DNA from: Felis catus
Taxonomy: Eukaryota
Assembly: GCF_018350175.1 (NCBI RefSeq)
Contig: NC_058368.1
Coordinates: 233,308,001 to 233,372,000 of the forward strand
Length of the DNA: 64,000 nucleotides
Direction of reading: 5' to 3'
The notes beneath the pieces are model-generated. The model saw only the letters and a list, made by a program, of their open reading frames with translations. It was not told the DNA's origin and searched no databases. Shown one piece after another: positions 14,100 through 25,060 of the stretch. Every line of letters begins with the position of its first letter. Position 1 is the first letter of the stretch. Both the position numbers and the translations under genes were made by a program.

Positions 14100-15050
14100 C
14101 AGGCGCTGCAGAGGATGAACCTCTCGGGTCCACCAACACTTATAAAGCAGGTGCCGCGGCCCCGCGTTTCTCAGAGGCGGATCCCCGGCAACCACAGGCG
14201 CAGCAGCAGCAAGGGAGCCAGACCCCGCCTGCCGGCCGGGGCTGTGCTCCAAACATTCTCGAGTCCCCTCGCCCCCAGCCTAGAGAACAGAGACGCCCAC
14301 GGGAGGGACCCACGCCGTGGGTCAACGCCGCCACGTGGGGCCGGCTCCCGGAAGGCGGCCGCAGTCCCCCGAGCACCGGCCTCCGGGCAGCCCGCCTTCC
14401 GCTCTCTGCCCTGCGGGGCCGAGCTCCTGACCGACCCGCGAGCGCCCAGCCCGGCCGGGGGAGGGACGTGGGGGCGCAGAAGCCGCTGCCCTTGCCCACC
14501 CTGGGGCGCGTCCCCCAGGCTCGAGCAGGACGGGTTGCTCATTTAGGAAACAGCCACCGCCAGGCGCTCACCTAAGGGTGACCGGCCGGAGACCCACGGG
14601 GAGAGCGGGCGCCTGCGCACTCTTGTCAGCGCCAGGGACCAATGAGCTCGGGAAGGAACTGTGCCAGTCACAGCGCTCCGGACGCGGGGCGTGGCCTCCG
14701 TCCCCGCGCATGCGCCCGCTGCCCGGCGCTTGGGAAGGCGCCTACGGAGGCCCACGAGGCTCCAGGGTCCTCGCCGCTGCACGACCTCCCGCGGTGTGAG
14801 CGCAGTAGATGTCCCAGCGTGGTAGGTGTCCCGGCCCGGCGTGCATGGGCTCGCGGCATAGCTGAGCTGTCGTTACTGCCCGGGCCCCTCCGCTGCTCTC
14901 CAGCCGCCGCCGCCTCCCTCCCGGTGCTTTATCGAAGGTCCCTAGACGTCGGGTTTGGGGCGTCCGGCGCGTGGGTTCCTTTCATTCCAAGGAGGACCGG
15001 GTCCCCGGGGCGCCCCGTCCCCTCTGGCGCGCGCACTCCTGTTCCCAAAT
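14100..15050. promoter_or_regulatory. CpG island and bidirectional promoter shared by MTRR and FASTKD3
   Basis: Very CpG-dense; NRF1 palindrome GCGCATGCGC 14706-14715; second NRF1-like GCGCCTGCGCA 14609-14619; CCAAT 14639-14643; GC box GGGGCGTGGC 14686-14695; divergent genes on either side. Confidence 0.9.
14572..14640 (-). other. MTRR: Candidate MTRR non-coding exon 1 (5' end uncertain)
   Basis: Strong minus-strand donor TAG|GTGAGC at 14572/14571 within the CpG island; TSS cannot be determined from sequence. Confidence 0.5.
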
Positions 15051-15772
15051 CTCACACGGGGTGTTTAGATCTGGACGGACCGCCCACCTTCTTCCTTTAC
15101 ACGCCCGCCTCCTTTATCTTCTTTTAAATCCTACATTTTCCCTCTTTGCCAAGCTAGATCCTTTTCTTCCTTACCACTGGCCAGGTCTTTACTCCGAGCA
15201 GAAACCAACGCCTCAGGGCTTCTTAAACGTGGTTTTTGACCTTTGCTTTGCGTGGACCTATAGGAATTTTGGCCATTTTAACCCGTTGCTCCTTTTGAGT
15301 CAGTTTAACGAAACGCAGTGCCTTCCGTCGACCCAACACGTAACATGTAGGAGGCGTGTTTCGGATCTGGACTGCCCGAGGGGAATCCCAGCACCGCCAC
15401 TTACTGTGTCCAGCTTGGAAGCTGGACAGAAAACCGAGGGCATCAGTTTCCTCGACTATAAAATGACACCAGAAGTACTTCATTTATTGAGCTGTTGTGA
15501 GGGCTAAGCTCTAGGGGGCACAACAGTGCATAGAAACCATAGCGATTATCATCCTTGGGTGCCAGCCACGTTTCTAAGCTGTGGGATGCTGCGACTGATC
15601 TCGGGGTGCTTGTGTTTCAGTGGGGGAACTTTTGTGTGTCGTTTCTTGTGAGTACTCATCCTCAGTTTCAGAAGCATTCATGTTGTTGAGCGAGTCACGT
15701 TCTCAGTATGTTTGACCGTGTTTTCTTTATTTTCTTTAGTTAGAAGTCAAGAGGAGTTGAGAATCTGATGGC

Positions 15773-17210
15773 ATGGCTTTGATTACCTTGCGGAGGAACC
15801 TTTACCATTTATCCGATTTTCGGATGCATGGAGCGCTGGCCGCTCTGAAAAATCACCCCGTAAACCATGTTCGCAAGATGGTCAAGGGGCGTCTGTGTCC
15901 GTGGTTCCCTTCACTACAACCCGAGCCTTGCAGGGTCAGGTTCCATCATGCCTGTTGTAAAAAGTTCCACTCGGAAAACGGAGACGCCCTGCATCCACTT
16001 GGTGAGCCAGTGTTCTCTCAAGCACACGATTGGGCTGGGCCTGAACAAAATCCTGAAAGCCTGGACGAACAGATGTTTTACAGGAGACTCAACGACTTGG
16101 ATTCCTCAGCAGACGTGTTACATTTTATAGGCACGCTGCAACCTTTGCCTGATAGCCTGGCAGCAGGAGCCTTGCAACGGATCTGTGAAGTGGAAAAAAA
16201 AGATGGCAATCACAAGCTGCCAAAAGGAATACTAGAGAATGGTGTCTTTCAAGATTTATGCGTTCGGTTTGAGCAGGAATCCCCGAGTCTGTCGGACACT
16301 GCTTTGGTGACTGCTCTGCAAGCTCTGAGTCTGTTGTACGTGGGCCCTCAGAGTAACTTGTTACTAAACCTGGTGGCAGAAAGCCGCCATCGTGTCAAGA
16401 GAGGTGGCCTGGAAGTCCGCAGTCTCTGTATCCTTGGGGAAAGTCTGATTAGACTGCAGGGTCCGGGCGATGAGACACTAGAACTGATTATATATCAACT
16501 GCAAGGGGAAAAATTGGAAACATTTGCCCCTGAGGATATTGTGGCCCTTTACAGAATACTGCAGGCATGTGCTGAAAAAGTGGACCGACACCAAGCGTTT
16601 CTAAACAAGATAAACAGCTTTTCCCTGTCGGTCGTTTCCACCTTGAGTCCTACGCTGATGAGTCAAATGCTCACTGCCCTAGTGGCTCTTGATCAAACTC
16701 AAGCACTTCCTCTGGTTATAAAATTGGGAAAATACGCTGTGAGGCATATCCCTCATTTTACTCATGAAGAGCTCAGAAAAGTCCTGGAGGCTTTCATTTA
16801 CTTTGGGCACAATGACCGATTTTTTACAACAGCCCTGGAGCGACACGTGGCCTCACTGTGTCTCACTTTGGATCCTGAGGTCATCAGCACAGTCACGGAG
16901 TACTGCGGTAGGAAACAGATTCTTTCAAGACCCATCTTCGATGCGGTGGCGGAAACTTTTGTTGGCCAGTCGGAGAAATTTTCACCTCGTCAGGTTTCCG
17001 AGTTAATTGAACCGTTTGGAAAACTCAATTATTTGCCACCGAACGCTTCTGCTTTATTCAGAAAGCTAGAAAACCTGTTACTCACTCGTTTCGATTATTT
17101 TCCACCCAAAACGTTATTGAAAATTCTCCATTCGTGTTCACTCATCGAATGCCATCCGGTCAACTTTATGGCAAAAATATTCAGCCCTTATTTTCTTCAA
17201 CAGCTGCAAG
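15773..17210 (+). CDS. FASTKD3: FAST kinase domain-containing protein 3, mitochondrial; first coding exon (1438 nt)
   Basis: ORF MALITLRRNLYHLSDFRMHGALAALK...FSPYFLQQLQ; acceptor tttctttAG near 15739; donor CAAG|GTGAGT at 17211; Arg-rich N-terminus typical of a mitochondrial targeting peptide. Confidence 0.97.
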
Positions 17211-17672
17211 GTGAGTTGGTCATAACTTGGAGAGTGGAAAAATTAACCCTTGAATGCGTGCGTGACGTGTTCAAGTCGCACATCTACCTCTTAGCCTGAG
17301 CCGTGCGGTGCCTTTGATTTCTCTTCCATAATAACCTAAAGAAGACATGTGAAGTTTCAGATGCCAGTGTAAATACGGAGTTAAAGAATGATGGAGCACT
17401 GCACAGAGAAAACCATTCCGGGTGCACAGACTGCCGAACTGAGTCGTGCGGGGACGTGGTGTGGCATCGGTGATAGTCATGCCAATATGTCAGAAGCCAC
17501 AACAGCAACTGTAGACTCCCCTGTTCAGAAAGGGTGTGGGTCATCTTCAAGGCCACCCAAATAACATCAGATGTCTGTCTCCACTGCTAAAGGAAATTCT
17601 CACTAATTTTAACATCTCTGTTGACTTTTCATTATAGCTTGAATCCCTCAGAAGTTCAAATGAGATAGCATT

Positions 17673-17882
17673 GGGGTACCTGGGGAGCTCATTCAGTTGA
17701 GCATCCGACTGTTAACTTCGGCTGAGGTCATGATCTCACGGTTTGTGAGTTCGAACCCCGCATCGGGCTCTGTGCTGACAGCTCAGAGCCTGGAGCCTGC
17801 TTCGGATTCTGTGTCTCCCTCTCTCTGCCCCTCCCCTTCTCATGCTCTCTCTCTTTCTCTCAAATAAAACTTAAAAACAAAA
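17673..17882 (+). mobile_element. CanSINE
   Basis: Near-identical flanks aagttcaaatgagatagcatt / aagtttaaatgagatggcatt. Confidence 0.92.
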
Positions 17883-17960
17883 AAGTTTAAATGAGATGGC
17901 ATTTGATGGCAAGCCAGAAGGCATGGCTAACTCTGACAAGTTCTTCCCCGAGTGCCATTT

Positions 17961-18181
17961 ATTTTATTTATTTAAAAAAATTGTTTAATGTTTATTTATT
18001 TCTGAGACAGAGAGAGACAGAGCATGAGTCGGGGAGGGGCAGAGAGAGAGGGAGGCACAGAATCCGAAGCAGGCTCCAGGCTCCGAGCCGTCAGCCCAGA
18101 GCCGGAGGCAGGCTCGAACCCACAGACCGCGAGATCATGACCTGAGCCGACGTTCAACGGACTGAGCCACCCAGACGCCCC
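17961..18181 (-). mobile_element. Felid CanSINE
   Basis: TSD ccgagtgccattt on both sides. Confidence 0.92.
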
Positions 18182-18301
18182 TCCCGAGTGCCATTTAATA
18201 GTACATTACTTCCAGAGTGATTAGTGTACATCGTCCATTCGTGATGTTCCTTCACAAACCAAATTCAAACTTACCTACAACTGGAGTGCTTCTTGTTTCA
18301 G

Positions 18302-18387
18302 GGGAAGAATCGTCCGTGGACAGACTGAGCCTCGCACAGCTGACCCAACTGTTCCTAACCTCAGTGCTAGAATGCCCTTTCTATAAG
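18302..18387 (+). CDS. FASTKD3: FASTKD3 coding exon 2 (86 nt)
   Basis: (G)EESSVDRLSLAQLTQLFLTSVLECPFYK; tttcAG and GTAAAA; phase 1 to 0. Confidence 0.93.
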
Positions 18388-18961
18388 GTAAAAGCAGGGG
18401 TCCTCTTAACCTTACTTCCCTGTGGGGGCGGCTTTCTTTTGTGTCTCCCTCCCCATCTTTTAAGTTTTTCCTCTTTTGATCTGTCTCAGTAACCTCATCA
18501 GAAAGCAGAGCTTTCATTCACTCCAACTTACTTTCCCACTAGGTAGCCTTCTCTTTGATAAATTGGCCCCGTACCTGTTCTCTTGTGTCGGAAGTACCCA
18601 TTTCCAGTTGCGTAAGGTTTCTTGGAAGGTTCTGTGGGGTGCTGCCGGCACATGAGTCAGAGTGTCCTGGATGCGCTCTGAGGGCCTTGAAGGGCTTGCA
18701 CTCCCCACAGCTGTTAGATAGTAAATGTGAATCCCTCGTTCGGTTAGGCCTGAGCAAATCCTAAACTGTTTCAAGTACATTTCTACGCCAAGCCAGAAGT
18801 TTCACTCTCACCTGATAGGTGGAGTTGGTGCTTCCTGTCTAGTACCCCAGAGATTCGTTCTTGTAACTTAATCCAGCACCTTGGTTAAGATCACACATGG
18901 CCTCTCCAGACTTGCTCATCCCTCCCTTGACTGAATCACATTTAAGACTAGCTCATTTTCA

Positions 18962-19180
18962 GGGCGCCTGGGTGGCTCAGTCGGTTGAGCATCCGACTCT
19001 TGATTTTGGTTCAGGTCACGATCTCCCAGTTTGTGAGTTCGAGCCCCACATTATCGGGCTCTGCGCTGACAGCGTGAAACCTGCTTGGGATTCTCTCTCT
19101 CCACCCCACTACTGCTCATGAGCACAGGCTCTCTCTCTCTCAAACTAAACATTAAAAAACAAAACAAAACAAAACAAAAG
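18962..19180 (+). mobile_element. CanSINE
   Basis: Head motif, (AAAAC)n tail, flanking agctcattt. Confidence 0.9.
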
Positions 19181-19250
19181 CAGCTCATTTCAGATTAAGA
19201 AGGAAGAATGGAAAGGCACTCCTATTTTCTTCTTTAAAACAGCTTCAACA

Positions 19251-19348
19251 GGGACTCCTGACTGGCCCAGTCAGTAGAGCATAGGACTCTTGATCTCAGG
19301 GTTGTGAGTTCAAGCCCCATGTTGGGCGTGGACCCTACTTAAAAAAAC
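19251..19348 (+). mobile_element. Short tRNA-derived CanSINE lacking the CT tract
   Basis: A/B-box-like tRNA region then A tail; TSD aaaacagctt(c/t)aaca. Confidence 0.8.
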
Positions 19349-20480
19349 AAAACAGCTTTAACAGTAGTAAGGCACAGAAAAGTAAGTGCTACTTACCTCA
19401 GCTTCCTTCCATTCCTGAAGGAGTGGTGTTAGCTGTTTTATGTACAAAGGTGCACAAATACATGAACACTCCTGTTTCTCTCTTTCCTTGGAACGGGGCT
19501 CTTCCGAGGACAGTTGGCTCTAATATGCCCAGTCTACCATGGACGTTCCTCGAGGGCAATGCATGAAGATTAAGTGCATTCTTTTTGTTTTTCAATCTAG
19601 AGACTAGACTGCGGACTAGATTCTGGACTACTGGCAGATGTGTTTCCCCTGATAGTTAGAGATGTCCCTTTACCTATCGTTTCTGTTGCCGAGCGTGGTT
19701 AGTCCCTTGAATCATTGTCATTTGACTCCGTGGAAAAGTACCGTGTCCCATGTTGAAATTGCATCTTAACGAGCTGAGCCTATTTTCACAATGCTTATTG
19801 GTCGATTTGCTGTGAATTACCTCATTACCTCCTGACTCAGATTCCTATTGGTTGTCTTTTTTCTTTCTCTCTTTTTTTTTTTTTTTTGTCCTAGAACACA
19901 TTGTGAGATAGAGATATTAGCGCCTACGTATGTTGCACATACTTGGTCCTAGTTTTTGCTCTTCATTTGGGGGAGGGGGGCTTGTAGCTTAATATTGTTT
20001 ATGATCTCTATTTGCTCTACAGAAATTTTCAAGTTGTCTGTAGTCAAATGTATCCATCCTTTATGGTTTCTGGGTTTCCTCTCTCTAGAATATTTTACCA
20101 CTCCTAAGGTAATACACATATTTTACTAAATTTTTAAAAATGCTCCTTTCCCTTACTGTATTTATAGCACTTTAACCCACCTGGAATTTATGGCAGTCCT
20201 CAACATGTGCTAGAACTTGCACTTGGTTATTTTCTGGATGGATTACCGGCTGTACCATTTATTACGTAGCTCTCCTTCTCCTGGTAAATTGAAATGTCAC
20301 CCTTATCACATTGTCCTCTGTTAAAAACATGAGTGTCCTTAAGGCCCTTAAAGCAATTCTAAGAGTTCCAAAGAGATGTTTCTTGAGCTGCAAGAGCACT
20401 GTTGTTTCCTCCCTTCCTCCCTCCCTCTCTTCCTTCCTTTCTTTCTTTCTATGACCACGGACTACTTTTAAAACACATTT

Positions 20481-20945
20481 AGGAGCGCCTGGGTGGCTCA
20501 GTTGGTTAAGCGTCCAACTTTGGCTCAGGTCATGATCTCATGGTTTATGAGTTCGAGCCCCGCATCGGGCTCTGTGCTGACAGCTCAGAGCCTGGAGCCT
20601 GCTTCGGATTCTGTGCCTCCCTCTCTCTCTGCCCCTCCCCCCTCATGCTCTGTCTCTGTCTCTCAAAAATAAATAAATGTTAAAAAAAAAAAAAACCCAC
20701 ACAGGGGCGCCTGGGTGGCGCAGTCGGTTAAGCGTCCGACTTCAGCCAGGTCACGATCTCGCGGTCCGTGAGTTTGAGCCCCGCGTCAGGCTCTGGGCTG
20801 ATGGCTCGGAGCCTGGAGCCTGTTTCCAATTCTGTGTCTCCCTCTCTCTATGCCCCTCGCCCGTTCATGCTCTGTCTCTCTCTGTCCCAAAAATAAATAA
20901 AACGTTGAAAAAAAGAATTAAAAAAAAAAAAACAACAAAAAAACC
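20481..20945 (+). mobile_element. Two tandem felid SINEs (about 20481-20696 and 20704-20945)
   Basis: Two complete heads and tails; shared flank cacattta. Confidence 0.93.
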
Positions 20946-21158
20946 CCCACACATTTAAAAGATCTATCCAACTATTGGATTTGAGCTATCGCAAGAATAT
21001 TTTTCTGTTGTCATTTTGAGGAAGGTATTTGTCCTTAATCTGGAAAAGTATCCTGTTTATAGAGTAATATTGATCAGACTTATTCGCAGGTAACCTTGTT
21101 TTATTTTCTGGTTTTGGATCGTATCCTCCTTTCTCATGTTTAAACATACAATTTTCAG

Positions 21159-21333
21159 GGTCGGAAACTTCTTCCTAAATACCAAGTGAGGTCATTTCTT
21201 ACTCCGTGCTGTTCTCTGGAGACGCCTGTGGATTTTCAGCTTTACAAATCTGTGAGGATTGGACTGATTGACCTTCTGGGCGCAAGAATGTATTTTGCTT
21301 CAAAAGTGTTAACGCCCTATTGTTATACAATAG
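21159..21333 (+). CDS. FASTKD3: FASTKD3 coding exon 3 (175 nt)
   Basis: GRKLLPKYQVRSFLTPCCSLETPVDFQLYKSVRIGLIDLLGARMYFASKVLTPYCYTI; ttttcAG and GTACGT. Confidence 0.95.
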
Positions 21334-21689
21334 GTACGTACTTGGGAGTCTCCTTTACCAGGCTCGGCTTGCTGTCCTCTTTGGGAATATGCAGGGCTTC
21401 GCAGCCACTGGAAGGTCAGGAAATATAAAACGGAGAGTTGGCCCTTCCCGGAAGGCAAATTGGAACCGTGGGCCGTGGAGTCCAGATGCGTGGGGGGAGT
21501 CCCACCTGTTAGCCACGTGGTAGGGGAATGTCTTTGGGCAGAGTAATCTTTTTCCGCTTGCTCCTTTTCTGTAAAATGAGAGTACGAAGAATAGTGACCC
21601 AGACTTGCTTAAGCACTAAGTGAGTGATACCCCGAGCATAGCAAGTGCTGGGTAATCATTAGCCAGTATAATTGTTGTGCCACTCTAAG

Positions 21690-21890
21690 TCAGTGCTGTC
21701 CGACGCCCTAGCCAGGAGTACCTGTGACTACTTAAATTTACGTTAGTTAAAGTTTAAAAACCATCCAAAGTTCAGTTCCTTGGTTGCCCTGGCCACATGT
21801 CAAGGGCTCAGAACCACAGGTGGCTGGTGGCAGGCGTGCTGGAACAGCAAAGGCGCAAACGTGTGATCACGGCGGAAAGTTCTGTTGGGT
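21690..21890. mobile_element. MER3/MER33-like hAT relic
   Basis: cagtgctgtcc...ggccacatgtcaagggctca...ggctggtggc...aaagttctgttgg. Confidence 0.6.
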
Positions 21891-22496
21891 GGGGCTGACG
21901 GGAGAGTTCACGTCCTTCTGCCCTTAACAGTGTTTTAAATGAATCACTACAAGAAAATCAGCTCCGAGGAGGTAGTGTTTTATAGGCTTCAGGACGTCGT
22001 AGCTCACTTCCCTCCTCCTTTAGGGGCTCTTTTCACAAAGAGAATAGCAGGACATCAGAGGGGAGGAAGTGGGGCTCTGCCGTGCCCAGCGACCACAGAG
22101 TGGGGTGCAGGAGGCTTTGCCTACCCTGGAGACTCTGGGAGATTCCGTGATGAAAGTTGCGACTTGTGTAGGCCACAGTCTGGCTTTGCTTCCTGTCTGG
22201 GGTGAAGGGTTCCCAATACTCACCTCAAGGAGAGAGAGGAAGTACGTGCAGTTCTTATCACACCCGGCACCTTGATTTAGTGGCTGAGCCTTCTGAAATT
22301 AAGGCTGACTTGGTTGATGGTAGAGCTGGTTACGTTAAAATTCTCACCGTGGTCTGGTGTGGTCATTTCTTTGCAGCCTCCAGCGCAGCTGGTAAATTGC
22401 AGTGTGGGAGAATTCAGAACAGAAGGAGGAGGAGGAAAGGAACGTAGTGTTTGTGAGGGTATCACACGGAGAATGTTTCCTTTCTTCTCTCACCAG

Positions 22497-22566
22497 ATGT
22501 GGAAATTAAATTAGACGAAGAAGGATTAGTATTGCCATTTACGATTGATGAAGATGTGCATAAAAG
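22497..22566 (+). CDS. FASTKD3: FASTKD3 coding exon 4 (70 nt)
   Basis: (D)VEIKLDEEGLVLPFTIDEDVHK(R); caccAG and GTAAAG. Confidence 0.94.
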
Positions 22567-22629
22567 GTAAAGAAAGCTGGTGCGGTTTTTATGTTACAAA
22601 ACTTGTTGGGATTAATAATCGATGGTGTT

Positions 22630-22835
22630 TTCTTTTTTTTTTTAATGTTTATTATTTTTGACAGAGAGAGAGGCCATGAGCAGGGGAGGGGCAGAGAGAG
22701 AGGGAGACACAGAATCTGAAGCAGGCTCCAGGCTCTGAGCTGTCAGCACAGAGCCTGACGCGGGCTCAGACTCACCGCGTATCATGAACTGAGCCAAAGT
22801 CGGACACTCAACCGACTGAGCCACCCAGGCGCCCC
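22630..22835 (-). mobile_element. Felid CanSINE
   Basis: Flanks gatggtgttttctt / gatggtattttctt. Confidence 0.92.
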
Positions 22836-22869
22836 TTGATGGTATTTTCTTAAGAAGGTGGGAAAACAG

Positions 22870-23050
22870 GAGTGGCTCAGTGGGTTAAGCATCAGACTCT
22901 TGATTTTGGCTCAGGTCATGATCTCACAGTTCCTGGGTTCAAGCCCCACACTGAGCTCTTTGCTGTCAGTGCAGAGCCTATTTGGAACTGTCTCTCTCTC
23001 TCCCTCTCTCTCTGTCCCGCCCCCCCCCCAAATAAATAAAGCATTAAAAA
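22870..23050 (+). mobile_element. CanSINE (older, degraded 5' end)
   Basis: gtggctcagtgggttaagc...aataaataaa. Confidence 0.85.
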
Positions 23051-23296
23051 CATGGTGAGAAAATAGACATGTGTCTAGAAGTAAAGACACTACTGAACAG
23101 CATCCCAATTTTGGAAATTCCTTGTAACAGAAACATTAATATTAATAAGATTGCTTTCTTAGCAGATTAAAGAATGGCACACTCATGATTTATTTGAAAA
23201 TAACATTGACACACAGGAATAGCCGAATCCCAAATAAACTCTTTCCACGAAAAATGTATAAATATTTTGGATTGTTTTAAGAACTAAGTTTCTCCA

Positions 23297-23518
23297 GGGG
23301 CGCCTGGGTGGCTCAGTCGGTTAAGCGTCCGACTTCAGCTCGGGTCACGATCTCGCGGTCCGTGAGTTCGAGCCCCGCGTCGGCTCTGGGCTGATGGCTC
23401 AGAGCCTGGAGCCTGTTTCCGATTCTGTGTCTCCCTCTCTCTCTGCCCCTCCCCCGTTCATGCTCTGTCTCTCTCTGTCTCAAAAATAAATAAATGTAAA
23501 AAAAAAAAATTAAAAAAA
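23297..23518 (+). mobile_element. Young SINEC_Fc with perfect 17-nt TSD
   Basis: TSD aagaactaagtttctcc at 23279-23295 and 23519-23535; intact CpGs. Confidence 0.96.
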
Positions 23519-23549
23519 AAGAACTAAGTTTCTCCGTCCGATTTTTCAG

Positions 23550-23664
23550 GTTAGCACTATGCATTGATGATCCAAAAAGATTTTCTCTGAATAGCAGACA
23601 CTTACTGGGAAAGGAAGCTATTAAACAGAGACACCTGCGCCTTCTTGGTTATCAGGTTGTTCAG
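23550..23664 (+). CDS. FASTKD3: FASTKD3 coding exon 5 (115 nt), RAP domain
   Basis: (R)LALCIDDPKRFSLNSRHLLGKEAIKQRHLRLLGYQVVQ, the RAP-type RHLxLLGYxVV motif; tttttcAG and GTAGGA. Confidence 0.95.
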
Positions 23665-24707
23665 GTAGGAATTCACCTGTTTTCTTCTCCCCCAAAGCAA
23701 CTTCTAATTTAGATATGTTTTCTCCAGAGGGCTAGGTGGTCTGCCAGCCCAGTGGACCACGCATCTTACATCTAGTTTAAAGGCCAACTTTGAGCATTAT
23801 TTTCCCAGTTAAAAAAAAAAAAAATCCCTGTATTTATATTTTGAAATACAGAATATACAGACCCACAGTTTTCTCAAGTGCGGCATCCGTATACCCTTTC
23901 TAAGCTATACTAACCTCTGCTTCTAGGATTACTGAATTATTAGAGCACCTGTTTTGCTTTAATGTCCCTCTGATTGAATGAATAGAAATAGCCAAGATGA
24001 CCCCGTTAAAACCAGGATCATCATCATACTTTTAAGCTTAAGCCCTTATTTGTGTTTGTCTTGTCGATCTCTTAGCGAGGTGGTCTGTGCGGAGTCAGCG
24101 GCGAATGTTCATGGAGCTTCCCGGACTGTGTGTTCCCGGTCTGCTGGTCTGCTCTCTGCTGTCCCGTCTGCTTACTTTTTCCCACTGCATAGTTTACCTA
24201 CATCCCCAGATTAACGCTCCTGAAACTGACATGCCTGTGTGTGTTGAGAAACCTTTACTGTTCCTTTACTGCTTACAAGATGAAGTGGAAACCCATCTGC
24301 ATCTGGGCATCCAAGACCCCCCCACGGTCGGCCTGTGCTCAGCGGTCTCTTTCGCACCCCCGCCCCCCTCCGCTCTCTTGCCTCTCTCCCTTTGGCCCCG
24401 CTGCTTCCCGCAGAGGACTGGTCTCGCCACTCTGCACATCCAAATTCTGGCTCGGGCTCCCCTTCCGCCCTGACCCGAAATGTGAGCCTCTCTCCACGCG
24501 AGACGCCCGTTCTCTCTGCATGTTCTGCGGCTCGTTTGCTGAGTTGCACTGGGTGCCGGGCACCCTCCCAAGCACTGGGAGACCCGCCGAGCAGCCGTGA
24601 ACTCTGCCCTCCAGGAGCCGTGGCGGAGGGTTCGAGGGACCGAAACACCAGGGTGACTTCAGAACATGACGGATTGTGTGATGTATTCTATTTCCCTCCC
24701 TTTACAG

Positions 24708-24806
24708 ATCCCCTATTATGAGATTGAGATGCTAAAATCAAGAGTTGAATTGGTGGAATATTTGCAGAGAAAACTATTTCCTCACAACGTGGGCATTCGT
24801 TGGTAA
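24708..24806 (+). CDS. FASTKD3: FASTKD3 last coding exon; spliced CDS 1983 nt, 660 aa
   Basis: IPYYEIEMLKSRVELVEYLQRKLFPHNVGIRW*; tttacAG acceptor; TAA 24804-24806. Confidence 0.95.
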   Translation: MPYYEIEMLKSRVELVEYLQRKLFPHNVGIRW

Positions 24807-24970
24807 CAAGAAGGAATACTGGCTTCAGGACTCGGTGAACCAACTTGTGTTTTCTTGGGACTCGGTACAAAGAGGGACGTAAAAGGGTGGAAGTTGTGAG
24901 TTGGCCGTGATCCGGAAAGGGTCTGTGGTTTTCCTTATACCGTGTATACGCTTACCAGTGGTAAATTTAA

Positions 24971-25048
24971 AATAAATTTTTATTTTTATTTTTATTTAAC
25001 ACTAGTGTTATACTTTTATACACAAAGCAATTGATCAAGTACAATAAA
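24971..25048 (+). terminator. FASTKD3: FASTKD3 polyadenylation signals
   Basis: AATAAA at 24971-24976 followed by a T-rich tract; second AATAAA at 25043-25048. Confidence 0.7.
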
Positions 25049-25060
25049 GACATGTAATGA

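Noticed and set aside
13881..15507. ORFs across the MTRR/FASTKD3 CpG island
   Set aside because: Low-complexity products of GC-rich sequence with no recognisable homology.
17211..17299. ORF 15773..17299 as a single-exon 508-aa gene
   Set aside because: The last ~29 codons are intron read-through past a strong donor at 17211; downstream exons splice in phase.
19251..19348. tRNA-like sequence
   Set aside because: It has an A-tail and TSD and no proper acceptor stem; it is a tRNA-derived SINE, not a tRNA gene.
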